From: Octopus sinensis
Lineage: Eukaryota
Direction of reading: 5' to 3'
DNA: 41,740 nucleotides
NCBI RefSeq assembly: GCF_006345805.1
Contig: NW_021835241.1
Coordinates: 1 to 41,740, forward strand
Shown: piece after piece, positions 1 through 10,768 of the stretch
Position numbering within the stretch: the first letter of the stretch is position 1
Layout: each line of letters opens with the position of its first letter
Position numbers and translations under genes: made by a program
The notes under the pieces: model-generated
The model's database searches: none
What the model was told of the DNA's origin: nothing
The model's input: the letters and a program-made list of their open reading frames with translations, nothing else

Positions 1-835
1 ATGTCTGTAATGCAAGCCATATGCTACAAATGTGTCCCAGAGAGAAAGGCCATTGTACACAAGAACAAAATCCCCAGAGAGAGGAAAATTTTAATGAGAC
101 GGCGTACAAAAATTTCAAATCGCCTAAACAAACAAATTGAAAGCAGTGAAATGTCCCGCCTGAAAATAAAACTGTTGGAAATTGAAAAATGTCTGCAACT
201 CTCCCATGAAAAGGAAAGAGCAGACAACGAAGCCTGGGCTATAGACAACATAAAATCTCACCCCAGAGCTTTCTACAGGTATGCCAAAAAGCAGCTACGG
301 TGCACTGTAGGATAGGGCCACTCCTTGAAAAGGATGGCACACTCACAGGAAAACCAATGAGGGTAAGTGAAATACTGAATAAGCAATTCAAGAGTATTTT
401 CACTCCACCCCTTGGGCATTTCCAAATCACCAATCCAGCTGACTTCTTTACCACTGCAGATATAAAATCAGAGGCGGCGACGATAAATTACATCGATATA
501 AAGGAAGACGATGTAATAAAGGCTATTGATGAAATGAAAACAGACTCAGCTACTGGCCTCGATGTATTCCCGGCAATCCTCTTAAAAGTATGTAAGAGAG
601 TCCTAGCAAAACCACTGCAGTTCCTTTTTCAGAGCTTCCTTGCAGCTGGCAAACTTCCAAGAAAACTGAAAGAACGTAAAATATGCCCTATTCATAAAGG
701 AGGTAGTAGAGCGGAGGCCAAGAACTACTGACCTATCTCTCTGACCTCACACATCAGCAAGGTCATGGAACGAATAGTCAGAAGGAAACTGATCACCTTC
801 CTTGAAGAAAATGACTTGCTGCCTGACACCCAACA

Positions 836-2137
836 TTGTTTCCGACAAGGGAGAAGCTGCTTAACTCAGCTCCTACAACACTATGGGTGCTTAACTCAGC
901 TCCTACAACACTATGGGTGCTGAAACGACTGCTCAACCACTCAAATGTGGAAGTGATATATCTCGACTTTGCAAATGCCTTTGATAAAGTCGATCATGGA
1001 ATGATATGTCACAAACTGCGTGACCTCAGCATAGTTGGAAAACTGGGAGAATGGGTTCATGACTTTCTGAAAGATAGAAGTCAGGTGGTAGTAGCCAATG
1101 GGGCCACTTCCATTAACACGCAAATAGTGAGCGGTGTTCCGCAGGGCACTGTTTTGGGAACACTACTGTTCATAATGACCCTCTCAGATATGCGCTCAGC
1201 CACGCAGAGAGCCACGATCACAAGTTATGCAGATGATACAAAAGTTTCACAGGCAATACAGAACCCTGAGGACACTAAACGCCTGCAATGTAAGCTGGAC
1301 AAAATATACAAGTGCGCTGAAAAGAATAGCATGCAGTTCAATGCTGAAAAGTTTCAAGCTTTATACTATCAGCATGCAAAACTAAATGCAATACCCAATG
1401 AATACACTGGACCCGGAGGAATTGCAATCCCAGAGGCACAATCAGTGCGTGACCTGGGTATTTACATGAGTGATGACGCAACCTTTCGTGTACATGTTAC
1501 TAAATTGGCAATGAAATGTAGACGTCTGGCCGGATGCATTCTCAGAACCTTTAGAACAAGAGAACAAGAAACCATGATGGTCCTCTGGAGGACACTTGTC
1601 CTAAGCCACTTTGACTATTGTTCTCAGCTATGGTCACCATCCAGTGTGAAGTTGATCACAGAACTTGAGGCGATCCAACGTAGCTACACGAAGAAGATAG
1701 CCTCTATGCAGAATATAAGCTACTGGGAAAGACTCAAGAGATTAAAATTCTATTCCCTGGAGCGTAGGCGAGAAAGATATGCCATAATATACATCTGGAA
1801 GATCCTGGAGGGACGTGTCTCAAACTTTGGCATCGAGAGTTACACAAATGCCAAAACTGGGCGCCACTGCGTGGTGCCTAGGACTCCAAATTTGCCATCA
1901 AGATGTAGGACAAGATACTATGATAGCCTTTGCTTCCGAGGCCCACAGCTCTTCAATATCCTCCCGAAGAACCTAAGAGACCTGCATGGGGTGGATGCAG
2001 ATGTCTTTAAAATGAAACTGGATCTCTTCTTGTCAGGTATCCCAGATGAACCAACTTCACGGCAGGAGGGGCAGATGAGGGCAGCTGCATCGAACTCTCT
2101 CATGCACCATATGGCATTTGCTAAAAAGCATTCGTGA
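836..2137 (+). pseudogene. Uninterrupted C-terminal RT/thumb reading frame of the LINE ORF2; not a host gene
   Basis: 433-aa frame in the ORF track carrying RT motifs; its first ~25 residues come from the frameshifted duplication. Confidence 0.9.
858..920 (+). repeat. 30-bp tandem duplication inside the LINE RT
   Basis: TTAACTCAGCTCCTACAACACTATGGGTGC occurs at 861-890 and again at 891-920. Confidence 0.95.
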
Positions 2138-2221
2138 AGTAAAACCACGTAGCAACACCAAATGGCGGTGCCCCAGCATGGCCACAGCTCATGAGCTGAA
2201 ACTAGAATCAATCAATCAATG

Positions 2222-2685
2222 AATATATACATATGTATATATATATATGTATATATATAATATATATATATATATATACATATGTATATATATATGTATG
2301 TATATATATATATACACATATGTATGTATATATGTATATATATATATATATATATGTATGTATATATGTATATATATATATATATATATGTATGTATATA
2401 TGTATATATATATATATATATATGTATGTATATATGTATATATATATATATGTATGTATATATGTATATATATATGTATGTATATATGTATATATATATA
2501 TATATGTATATATATATGTGTATATATATATACATATGTGTATATATATATACATATGTGTATATATATATACATATGTGTATATATATATATATACATA
2601 TGTAAATATATATATGTAAGTATATATATGTATATATATATGTACACGTACATATGTGTATATATATATATGTATATATATATAT
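2222..2685. repeat. Compound (TA)n/(TATG)n microsatellite with ~20-bp higher-order units
   Basis: Direct reading; TATATATATATACATATGTG-type units repeat at ~2520-2600. Confidence 0.95.
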
Positions 2686-2920
2686 GTATCCGCGAATGAG
2701 TTTGTGTTTTTGTGTGTCTTCGAAATTGGACATCGAAGCCTTCAGAAGCTTCAAGATCAAGACCTTCGGGGAAAAATACACACACACACACACATATATA
2801 TATATATGTGTATGTGTGTGTGTGTGTATTTTTCCCCGTGGATCTTGATCTTGAAGCTTCTGAAGGCTTTGATGTCCAATTTCGAAGACACACACAAACA
2901 CACACTCATTCACGGATACA
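2685..2920. repeat. ~236-bp fold-back palindrome centred on (CA)n(TA)n(TG)n
   Basis: Left arm from 2685 matches the reverse complement of the arm ending at 2920, with 7 mismatches in the first 100 bp by manual alignment. Confidence 0.95.
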
Positions 2921-3170
2921 AAGATTACGACAAGTTGTGAGAGATATATTGGAAAGTAGGCAAGCCGACAAATAGATATATTAGGAAGGTTCGCGTGAAG
3001 AATTTGTATGAGGGTGAAATACAAGAGAGAAAAAAAATGCAAATTCCGAAGCAATCAACATGACAAAGGAACTTCCATTAAAATTTTTGTCCGATTCCAT
3101 AACGATCCAGCAAGCTCGCCACCTTTATTTTATTCATTATGAGAATCATAACTTTGTGTGTATTTATATA

Positions 3171-3315
3171 TATTTCTTTACTGCCCACAACGGGCTAAAC
3201 ATAGAGGGGACAAACAAGGACAGACGAAGGGATTGAGTCGACTATATCCCCCCCAGTGCGAAACTGGTACTTTATTTATCGACCCCGAAAGGATGAAAGG
3301 CAAAGTTGACCTCAG
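3171..3315 (-). mobile_element. tRNA-derived SINE family B, 5'-truncated
   Basis: Near-identical to the core and tail of the full-length copy at 16290-16520 (GGTACTTTATTTATCGACCCCGAAAGGATGAAAGGCAAAG). Confidence 0.9.
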
Positions 3316-3537
3316 TGATTGACTTATTAGAAATAAGGCAATTGAGGCAAAATGAAGATTTAGAAAGCCGAAACCAAGTCCGGAGCTTATTCCATGCTTT
3401 CCTGTTCATATTAATATAATTAAAAAATTTTTGCTAATTTTTTCTCTCGCCTTAATATTGTGTATAAGTAAATATTTTTTCCCTAATTAAAGTTAGGAGG
3501 ATATCCCTGTCTTTGCTGTTATTATTATTATTATTAA

Positions 3538-4062
3538 TGAGTGAGCAATGCATGCCATCAACGTGACACCATGTTATAAACATACGAAACCCAAGTAACA
3601 CATCGCGACTAATCGTCTGATAAGTGTACACCAGGCACATGCATCACAACCATATATGCGAGACATGGGGATCTCATATCAAGAGAAACAGCGCATATGT
3701 TTGAAGGTGGGGCCCAGTTAGAATTTTCTTCAGGTCGAGTAGCCCATCCTGCTCAAAAGGTCCCTGAATAAGGTTTTTTAAGGATGATGAACAAAACATC
3801 CATGGTTCTAGGAGTGAATAATTCAAACTCCAAAGAATGCCTCTGAACATATGGCTGTGATGCACCCGCACTACGTCTACTCGTGATCAGAGATACAATG
3901 CTCAACTGGTTAATGTGAAGCAACTGACAAGCTAACCTGTGGTATTGAGCAAAATATTTGCAGTAGCCCATCTTTTATTCTAAGACTAAAGATGTGCTTG
4001 ATAACATTACCAGTCGGTTAAAAAACCAGAAGCTATGAGAGCCACTGTCTGGTACTGCGTCC
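3538..4062 (-). mobile_element. ~520-bp non-coding interspersed repeat flanked by (AAT)n; probable non-autonomous retroposon
   Basis: Clearly homologous to 36505-36793. (ATT)n lies at ~3519-3535 and a short ATTATT at the other end. No coding motifs recognised. Strand inferred from the position of the longer (AAT)n. Confidence 0.75.
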
Positions 4063-4904
4063 ATTATTAACATGTGTAGGTGGCAATTAAAAAAAAAACG
4101 CATCTGCTCCTCTTTAGATGCAACCATGTTTTGAATTCTCTCTTGACTTTGACAAAACCGTAATAAAACAATATTATTCAGTAAGTTAAACTTTCTTGTC
4201 TTCCTCACATAAGTCACATTAATTAATGTAATATTTTCTCCTCTTTACATTCCTAACATAACTTGGCTTCCGTTTAATAGACTAATATCTCTCAGGGAAA
4301 TATCGACTCATTTGTTTTTCGAAGACTATTTTATTTCATACACTATGCTTTGTATTATTCTTATTTTTGCTCTCAGCTATTTTACGTCAGGTTTATTTTG
4401 TGTATGCGACTGAATAGTTTTCAATATATTTGAGACAGCATTAACGAAATGGAAATTATGCAAAATATATTATAATAAAACATTATTCTTATCGTTCTGG
4501 AAGTCATCAGCCTGCTTCGAATTTTATTATGGAATGTATTTCTTATTTTAATTTACATTTTTTCCCTGTTTGTTTTGTTAACCATTTATTGTGCCGTTAT
4601 CTTTTTTGTCATCATCGAGATGTTTGAATTTTTATGACATATGCTTATTTTTCGTCGTGAAGTATGAATTTAGATACTGATAATCAATTAGATATCTTCT
4701 TCTCCTCCTCCTCCAGGATCACCACCACTTCCGCCGCCGGCAACGCCATCTCCAACACCACCACCATTATCACTATCATCACGTAATTGATCTTTACCAT
4801 TATAGTTGCATTTGTTAAATATTTACTATTTGTCTGTGACTTATAAACGTGTGTGATACGACGGAAATTAAAATGAAATACATACAAATGAATGTGATAC
4901 TTAA

Positions 4905-4937
4905 TATATGTGTATATATATATATATATATATACGT

Positions 4938-5008
<71 letters not shown>

Positions 5009-5010
5009 TT
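4905..5010. repeat. (TA)n(CA)n(TA)n microsatellite
   Basis: Direct reading. Confidence 0.9.
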
Positions 5011-5714
5011 GTATTTCAAAAGAAATACACTTTCCGAGTTAATTTACAGCTTGCGTCGTGACAACTCTGTGAAAATTTTTTTTTAATTGATTGTTGATTT
5101 TGATAAAAATTTTATTGACCTTACATACTAAAAAAGTCCTCCTATTAAAATTTCAGGAACGCTTTATGAATCTGAAATCAGTCAAGAAATATTAGTTTGT
5201 GAATTCTACATCAATATTATATGGTGTGTGTGATAGTATGAAACAAGCAAATAGAAACAGTGGCTAAATATGGCTGACTTACACATTCACAGATTCACAC
5301 GCATACATGCACTGATCCACAGAAAGCATGATTTATGAACACACTTAAGTATATATGCGCGCACATAGAGAATACAAATTGAATATTATGACTGACATTC
5401 ACTACAAGTCCTGCGTTTGAGCATCCACGTGTTCGATTACCTGGACAATGCGATTATGGAATTATTGACTGAATATTCTCAGAAACGTTTTTAACGAAGA
5501 TTTTATGGAATATCAGTGTGACAAATACGTGGGTCAGATTTTGTATTAGACGGTTTTCAGCTCCACCTTTCAATTTGCAAGGTGAAGTTTTCTTAGCACA
5601 GGTTCGCCCACTTACAGACGAAATAACAGCCCAAGTATTTCAGATGTCTTGCAAATAACTTGCACATGCAAGTGCTACCAGTCAAAAACTCCGCATAACG
5701 AAAGCCAGCAAGTG

Positions 5715-5830
5715 TATGGGGTCATCAGGAGAGAATCCGCACCGTTTCGGGGCCTACCTCTCGACGGCATCAATGTGCACCGCACCCCCCTCTCACTGAT
5801 ATGAGGCTCCGCTTGCTAGATCAGCTGGTT
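5715..5830. repeat. GC-richer dispersed repeat relic, related to 14045-14160
   Basis: Both segments share CATCAGGAG...GTTT.GG..CCTAC.CCTCT...CCCCCTC...GAGG in the same order. Confidence 0.45.
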
Positions 5831-6529
5831 ATCAAATAATGCTCAATATTCTTCAGGCCATTGCTCATCGTCTCTTTTTAACCAAATCCAGTGGCTAGCC
5901 TTCTCCACTGTAGTTTGGATATCGGTCATGGTGGTATTGACTTTACAATGTGTTAGGCCTAACGATAACAACAGTCGTCTCACACTGTGTCCAACGAACC
6001 GTCCATATTTATATAGCAGAAATATATTTCACTAGCCATTCTTAGATTATTTTTGCCCAGGAAACTGGACATACTTTGTTCGTTTTGCTGCTGTTCTTCA
6101 GTACTCTTCTTTGTTTTTTATTTAAACTTAGTATTTCGTGCATTCAGCTCAGAGATAAATTTTACTCCGATGAATATAACAACCAAGCTTCCTACTCTGT
6201 ATTTTCAAATTCATGTCCTTTGTGTCACAGGGATGTCTACAAAACAGATCTTCTGTATGGCTCTTTGACGGACGTCTGTCACTAAAAACTTGAACATCCA
6301 TTTTGACCACCTCACACCTTTTGTTAAACTTCTTTCGTACTGCAAACCTCAGGTCATTGACATACATAATTTTAAACCTTTCTTATGTCAATAATTGTTA
6401 ATTATGTATTTCTCTGACTCTTGTACTATATTGCGAGGAGTATGTCGAACAATTTCAGCCCGTTTAAACTGAGACTTATATTTCAGAGATACAGGACACC
6501 GTGCCATAGCTTTAACCTTTTCCATTTAA

Positions 6530-6645
6530 CATGACTGGTACTTTACTTTATCGAAAACTAGAAGCTTAAAGCAATGCTGTTGTCGACGAATGAACTCAGG
6601 ACGAGATAAGATGGAAGGAATGCCGCTAAACATTTTGTCCAACCG
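6530..6645 (-). mobile_element. Degenerate SINE family B
   Basis: CTGGTACTTTA...TTATCG...GAACTCAG...GAAATGC-like blocks in family order. Confidence 0.55.
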
Positions 6646-6780
6646 CAGCAACAATAAAAACAATAAACAGCAACAACAACAAGAATATAATAAATATCAA
6701 TAGAAATCAATTAATTCTTAATATTTGTAAAATTAGTTAATAAGGCCTACAAATAGAAATAGGCTAGTCGATTGTAGAAT

Positions 6781-6937
6781 TCTTCTTTTCCTTCTTTTGC
6801 TCTTCTACGCTAGTTCTTCTTCTTTTTTTCTTTTTCTTTTTCTTCTTCTTCTTCTTCTTCTTCTTTTCTTCTTCTTCTTTTCTTCTTCTTCTTCTTTTCG
6901 TCTTCTTCTTCTTTTCGTCTTCTTCTTCTACTACTAC
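6781..6937. repeat. (CTT)n polypyrimidine microsatellite
   Basis: Direct reading. Confidence 0.95.
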
Positions 6938-7433
6938 TCTCCTTATTTCCTCAAAGACATACAGCATCTCGAAAGAGTCCAGAAGCTGGCTACCCGCATG
7001 GTTCATGGTCTAAAAAATTTGTCCTATGAAGAAAGGCTGAGGACGCTCGACCTTTATTCTCTAGAAAAACGCCGCTGCCGTGGTGATCTCATTCTCGCCC
7101 ACAACATCATGAGCGGAAAGTGTAACCTCTCGAAAGAGCTGTTCTTCACTCCTGCTCCAGAGCGTCGGCTGCGGGGTCATTCCGAAAAGCTCTACCTGCG
7201 ACGATTTCATCTCAATCGAAGGAGAGGAGCTTTCTCCGTCCGGGTTGCGGATCCGTGGAACAAGCTGCCAGACGAGATGGTGAAGATGCCGACGACCGCT
7301 TTGTTCAAAGCCTCCCTTGACCTCAAGTGGCCTGAACTCTTTACATGAACACCACCCTGTACTTAACTCCATGTCCCCCTACATGGCCTTGCTATTTGCT
7401 TTTGAGCCAAATTAACTAACTAACTAACTAACT
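6938..7433 (+). mobile_element. 5'-truncated CR1-type LINE 3' end with (TAAC)n tail
   Basis: Open frame SPYFLKDIQHLERVQKLATRMV...SYEERL..LDLYSLEKRR.RGDLI...RLRGH...FSVRVADPWNKLP to the stop at 7348; UTR hairpin CCATGT/ACATGG at 7369-7386; TAAC repeats at ~7413-7433. Confidence 0.92.
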
Positions 7434-7879
7434 ACAACTACTTATTCTTCATCCTTCTCCTCTTACTCATCCTCATCACCATCTTTTTCTTCTTGAACTT
7501 CTTCTTCTTTATGGTTTCTTTTCATTATAACTTTATTTTAGCTGCCTTAGTACCGGGCATCCACCGGAGGAGAAGAACAGCAAGGGCACATTTGTTTTGC
7601 TATGCATGCTAAGATTATCACCACATTTATTCCAATTTTAGATGGCGTTTGCCTTCTGTAGTAAATTGGCTGTACCCATCAAGGTTATCTTTTGTAGTTA
7701 ACGGAGTGTGGAGTTACCAGAGAATTGGTTAATATACTCTCAATCCCCTTCTTTATTCATTCCCAACGAACCAATTACTACTGGTATTATCGTAGTACTA
7801 AGATTCCACGTTTTTGTGATCTCACTTTGCAGATTATTATTATTATTATTATTATTATTATCATCATCATTATCATCAT

Positions 7880-8065
7880 TAAGGCGGTGAGCAGGCAGAG
7901 TCGTTAGTGTGTTGGGCGAAATGCTTATTGATATTTCGCTCGTCGCTACGTTCTGAATTCAAATTCTGCCCTGGTGGACATTTTCTTTATATCTTTTCGG
8001 GTCGATAAATTGTCAATTGTCTCTTTCCCCACAAAAATACAGGCCTTGTGCGTATGGTAGAAACG

Positions 8066-8127
<62 letters not shown>
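7880..8127 (+). mobile_element. SINE family B with (ATT)n tail
   Basis: Head AAGGCGGTGAGCAGGCAGAGTCGTTAG, B-box-like GAATTCAAATTC, core CGGGTCGATAAA, tail GGCCTTGTGCGTATGGTAGAAACG followed by (ATT)n at ~8066-8127. Confidence 0.8.
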
Positions 8128-8128
<1 letters not shown>

Positions 8129-8997
8129 TCCAAAATCAATATTATTGCATACAGGAATGAAAGAATCGAAACGACGGGAAAGAAAATTTACATTCACTTG
8201 CTTGCTGAGATGAAATTCTACACGTATCGGATTTTATCTATTATCCTTCAGGGGGCGATAAATTAAGTTGTAGATCATAACTAGGGACAGTTACCTTGAC
8301 TGCATGTTTCTTCCAAAGTATGTGACCATCTGCTCGTAACAGAAATCAATATCCTATTATTTTCCCATTTATAGTACTTAAAAACCTGCTCAATCGAAAG
8401 ATTTTTCAGCGGCGAACGGGCACACGAAAGGAGTGTTATCTATTGAATTTTACGCACAGATACTTTCCCCGTGAATTTTTCGATTTTCTGCTTTTGAACC
8501 TGTTTTACAGCTCTCAACACTCCTATAAATGCTTAGACTATACTTAAGTACATATTTCGGAATATTCGATAGTGCTATTTTCAGGTCGTTGTATTTCGAG
8601 AGGTTTTGAAACTCTTTCATCGATATCTTAATGTATGTTGAATAAATGGTATAAATATGTGCGTTAAATCTGAATACCATTTCATTTAAAGCAATCGCTT
8701 GATGTTTCATTGACTAAGCTCTAGGCATATACATCTAAGAGTAAGTGAAATATTTTCAGTATGAAATGCCTGATGTACCTGGGGAGAAGTAACAAATGCA
8801 TGTTACACACACACACGCACACACTCTCTCTTACACATACGCACACACTCACACACACAACACACACGCATACAGATGCGAACATACACATGTCTTTATC
8901 CTTTACTTGTGTCAGTTACTGGACTGTGGTCATGCTGCAGCATCAACTTGGAAACCTTTGGACGAACAAATCAACTCCAGCATTCATTTCTAAAGTA

Positions 8998-9699
<702 letters not shown>

Positions 9700-10526
9700 G
9701 GTATATATATATATATATATATATTCTACCGGCCTCTCTTGCCGATATGTTGGTTAATAAACTTACACACGGTTGTGTGGAAAGTGGAAGGAGGACAACC
9801 ACGTACACTGGGTTTTAGTAGAAGACACTCGATGAAGTTACTGAACAATGGGTGGTGTTGTAAATCGAACTTCTGAACCTCATTGCCATGTCTGTGTGTG
9901 TGTCTGTGTGTCTGTCTGTCTGTCTGTCTCTCTACACTCATATATATATGTATGTATGCATATATATCATATTTACTTCCTCCATATATGTGTATATGTA
10001 TAGCTATGAGTATGGGAGAAGTAAATGTGTGCGTGTTATTGAAATAAACTTAGTATAGTCATTATTTATATGTATTATGCTTTGAGAAAAACTACTTCGT
10101 TACAATTGCGTTTTGAGAGAACTTACGTTCTAAAATAGATAAATACGTAGAATTATATTGTGCGGAATAAGTAGAAGCAAAAAATATAACACAAAAACTA
10201 TTTTCCCTGGTACACACGTGAAATTCTCTTTTGTATTGTATTTCCACTTAAATGTTTAGGAAAGAAGAATTTCAATCAGATCACATGAAAACTACGTTCA
10301 CTTTTTTCGGCCAGTCTCGTACCTAGGATTAATGAAAATCGACAATAAGAATGCCGATCATAGAAACAACCGTAAAAATCACGAACAAAGGTTGAATAAG
10401 TAGCGAAAATGTACTAAAAAAAAGATAATGAATACATATATATAAATAACATTGATAAAAGTTTCATTTCTTTTCTTCTAAAATATATATTTACAGAGCT
10501 TAAACCAGTAACGTTGGGTCGGGGAC

Positions 10527-10577
10527 CTACCTACCTACCGACCGACCGACCAACCGACCGACTGATTGACTGACCGT
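10527..10577. repeat. Compound tetranucleotide repeat CCTA>CCGA>CTGA
   Basis: Direct reading. Confidence 0.85.
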
Positions 10578-10580
10578 CAG

Positions 10581-10768
10581 CCACTTCACATTCTTTATGT
10601 TCTCTCTTTGTTTCTTTCTGTGTTCCTTTCTGTGGAAAAGCGTAGGCTCGGAACGTTAAAGACTTTTTTCACTTCCCGAGCGTTATGCCAATACATCTAT
10701 TTGTTGTCTACACCACCTGTCTTCGTCTTTTGTCTTTTTTTGTGAATCCTCCCTATATATATATATAA
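10581..10768 (+). mobile_element. Short interspersed repeat ending in (TA)n, possibly Penelope-like terminal repeat; contains a degenerate hammerhead-like motif
   Basis: CTTT-CTGTGGA-AAAGC-GTAG-GCTC-GGAACGTT-AAAG at 10626-10661. The family assignment is inference. Confidence 0.5.

Larger units (their letters stand above)
1..2225 (+). mobile_element. CR1/L2-group non-LTR retrotransposon, ORF2 reverse transcriptase region plus 3' UTR and (AATC)n tail; 5' end lies outside the window; inactivated
   Basis: Translated motifs NY*PISLTS, YLDFANAFDKVDH, SGVPQGTVLG, YADD, DLGIY, YCSQLWSP and C-terminal IPDEP...RAAASNSL, stop at 2137, then a short UTR and AATC repeats at ~2206-2224. Lesions: frameshift near 310, TGA at 729-731 where CGA (Arg) is expected, and a 30-bp duplication with frameshift at ~858-920. 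Confidence 0.95.

Noticed and set aside
2208-3054. Long YI/IY/CV-rich ORFs here and at ~4684-5061, 8876-9528, 20296-20591, 32823-33226, 34610-35025 and 40493-41039
   Set aside because: They are translations of (TA)n/(TG)n microsatellites, which lack stop codons in several frames.
5715-5760. CTGATGA and GAAAC on the minus strand suggesting a type II hammerhead
   Set aside because: The would-be stem II strands (GGCCCC and CCCC) cannot pair, and the motif is not kept in the related copy at ~14050.
6149-6367. Minus-strand ORF starting MYVNDL, like the RT motif IYVNDL
   Set aside because: No following ADD motif or other convincing colinear motifs; at most an unassignable relic.
6797-7348. 183-aa ORF with a hydrophobic N-terminus resembling a signal peptide
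   Set aside because: The start is TTG, the N-terminus is the (CTT)n repeat and the remainder is a CR1 ORF2 C-terminus.
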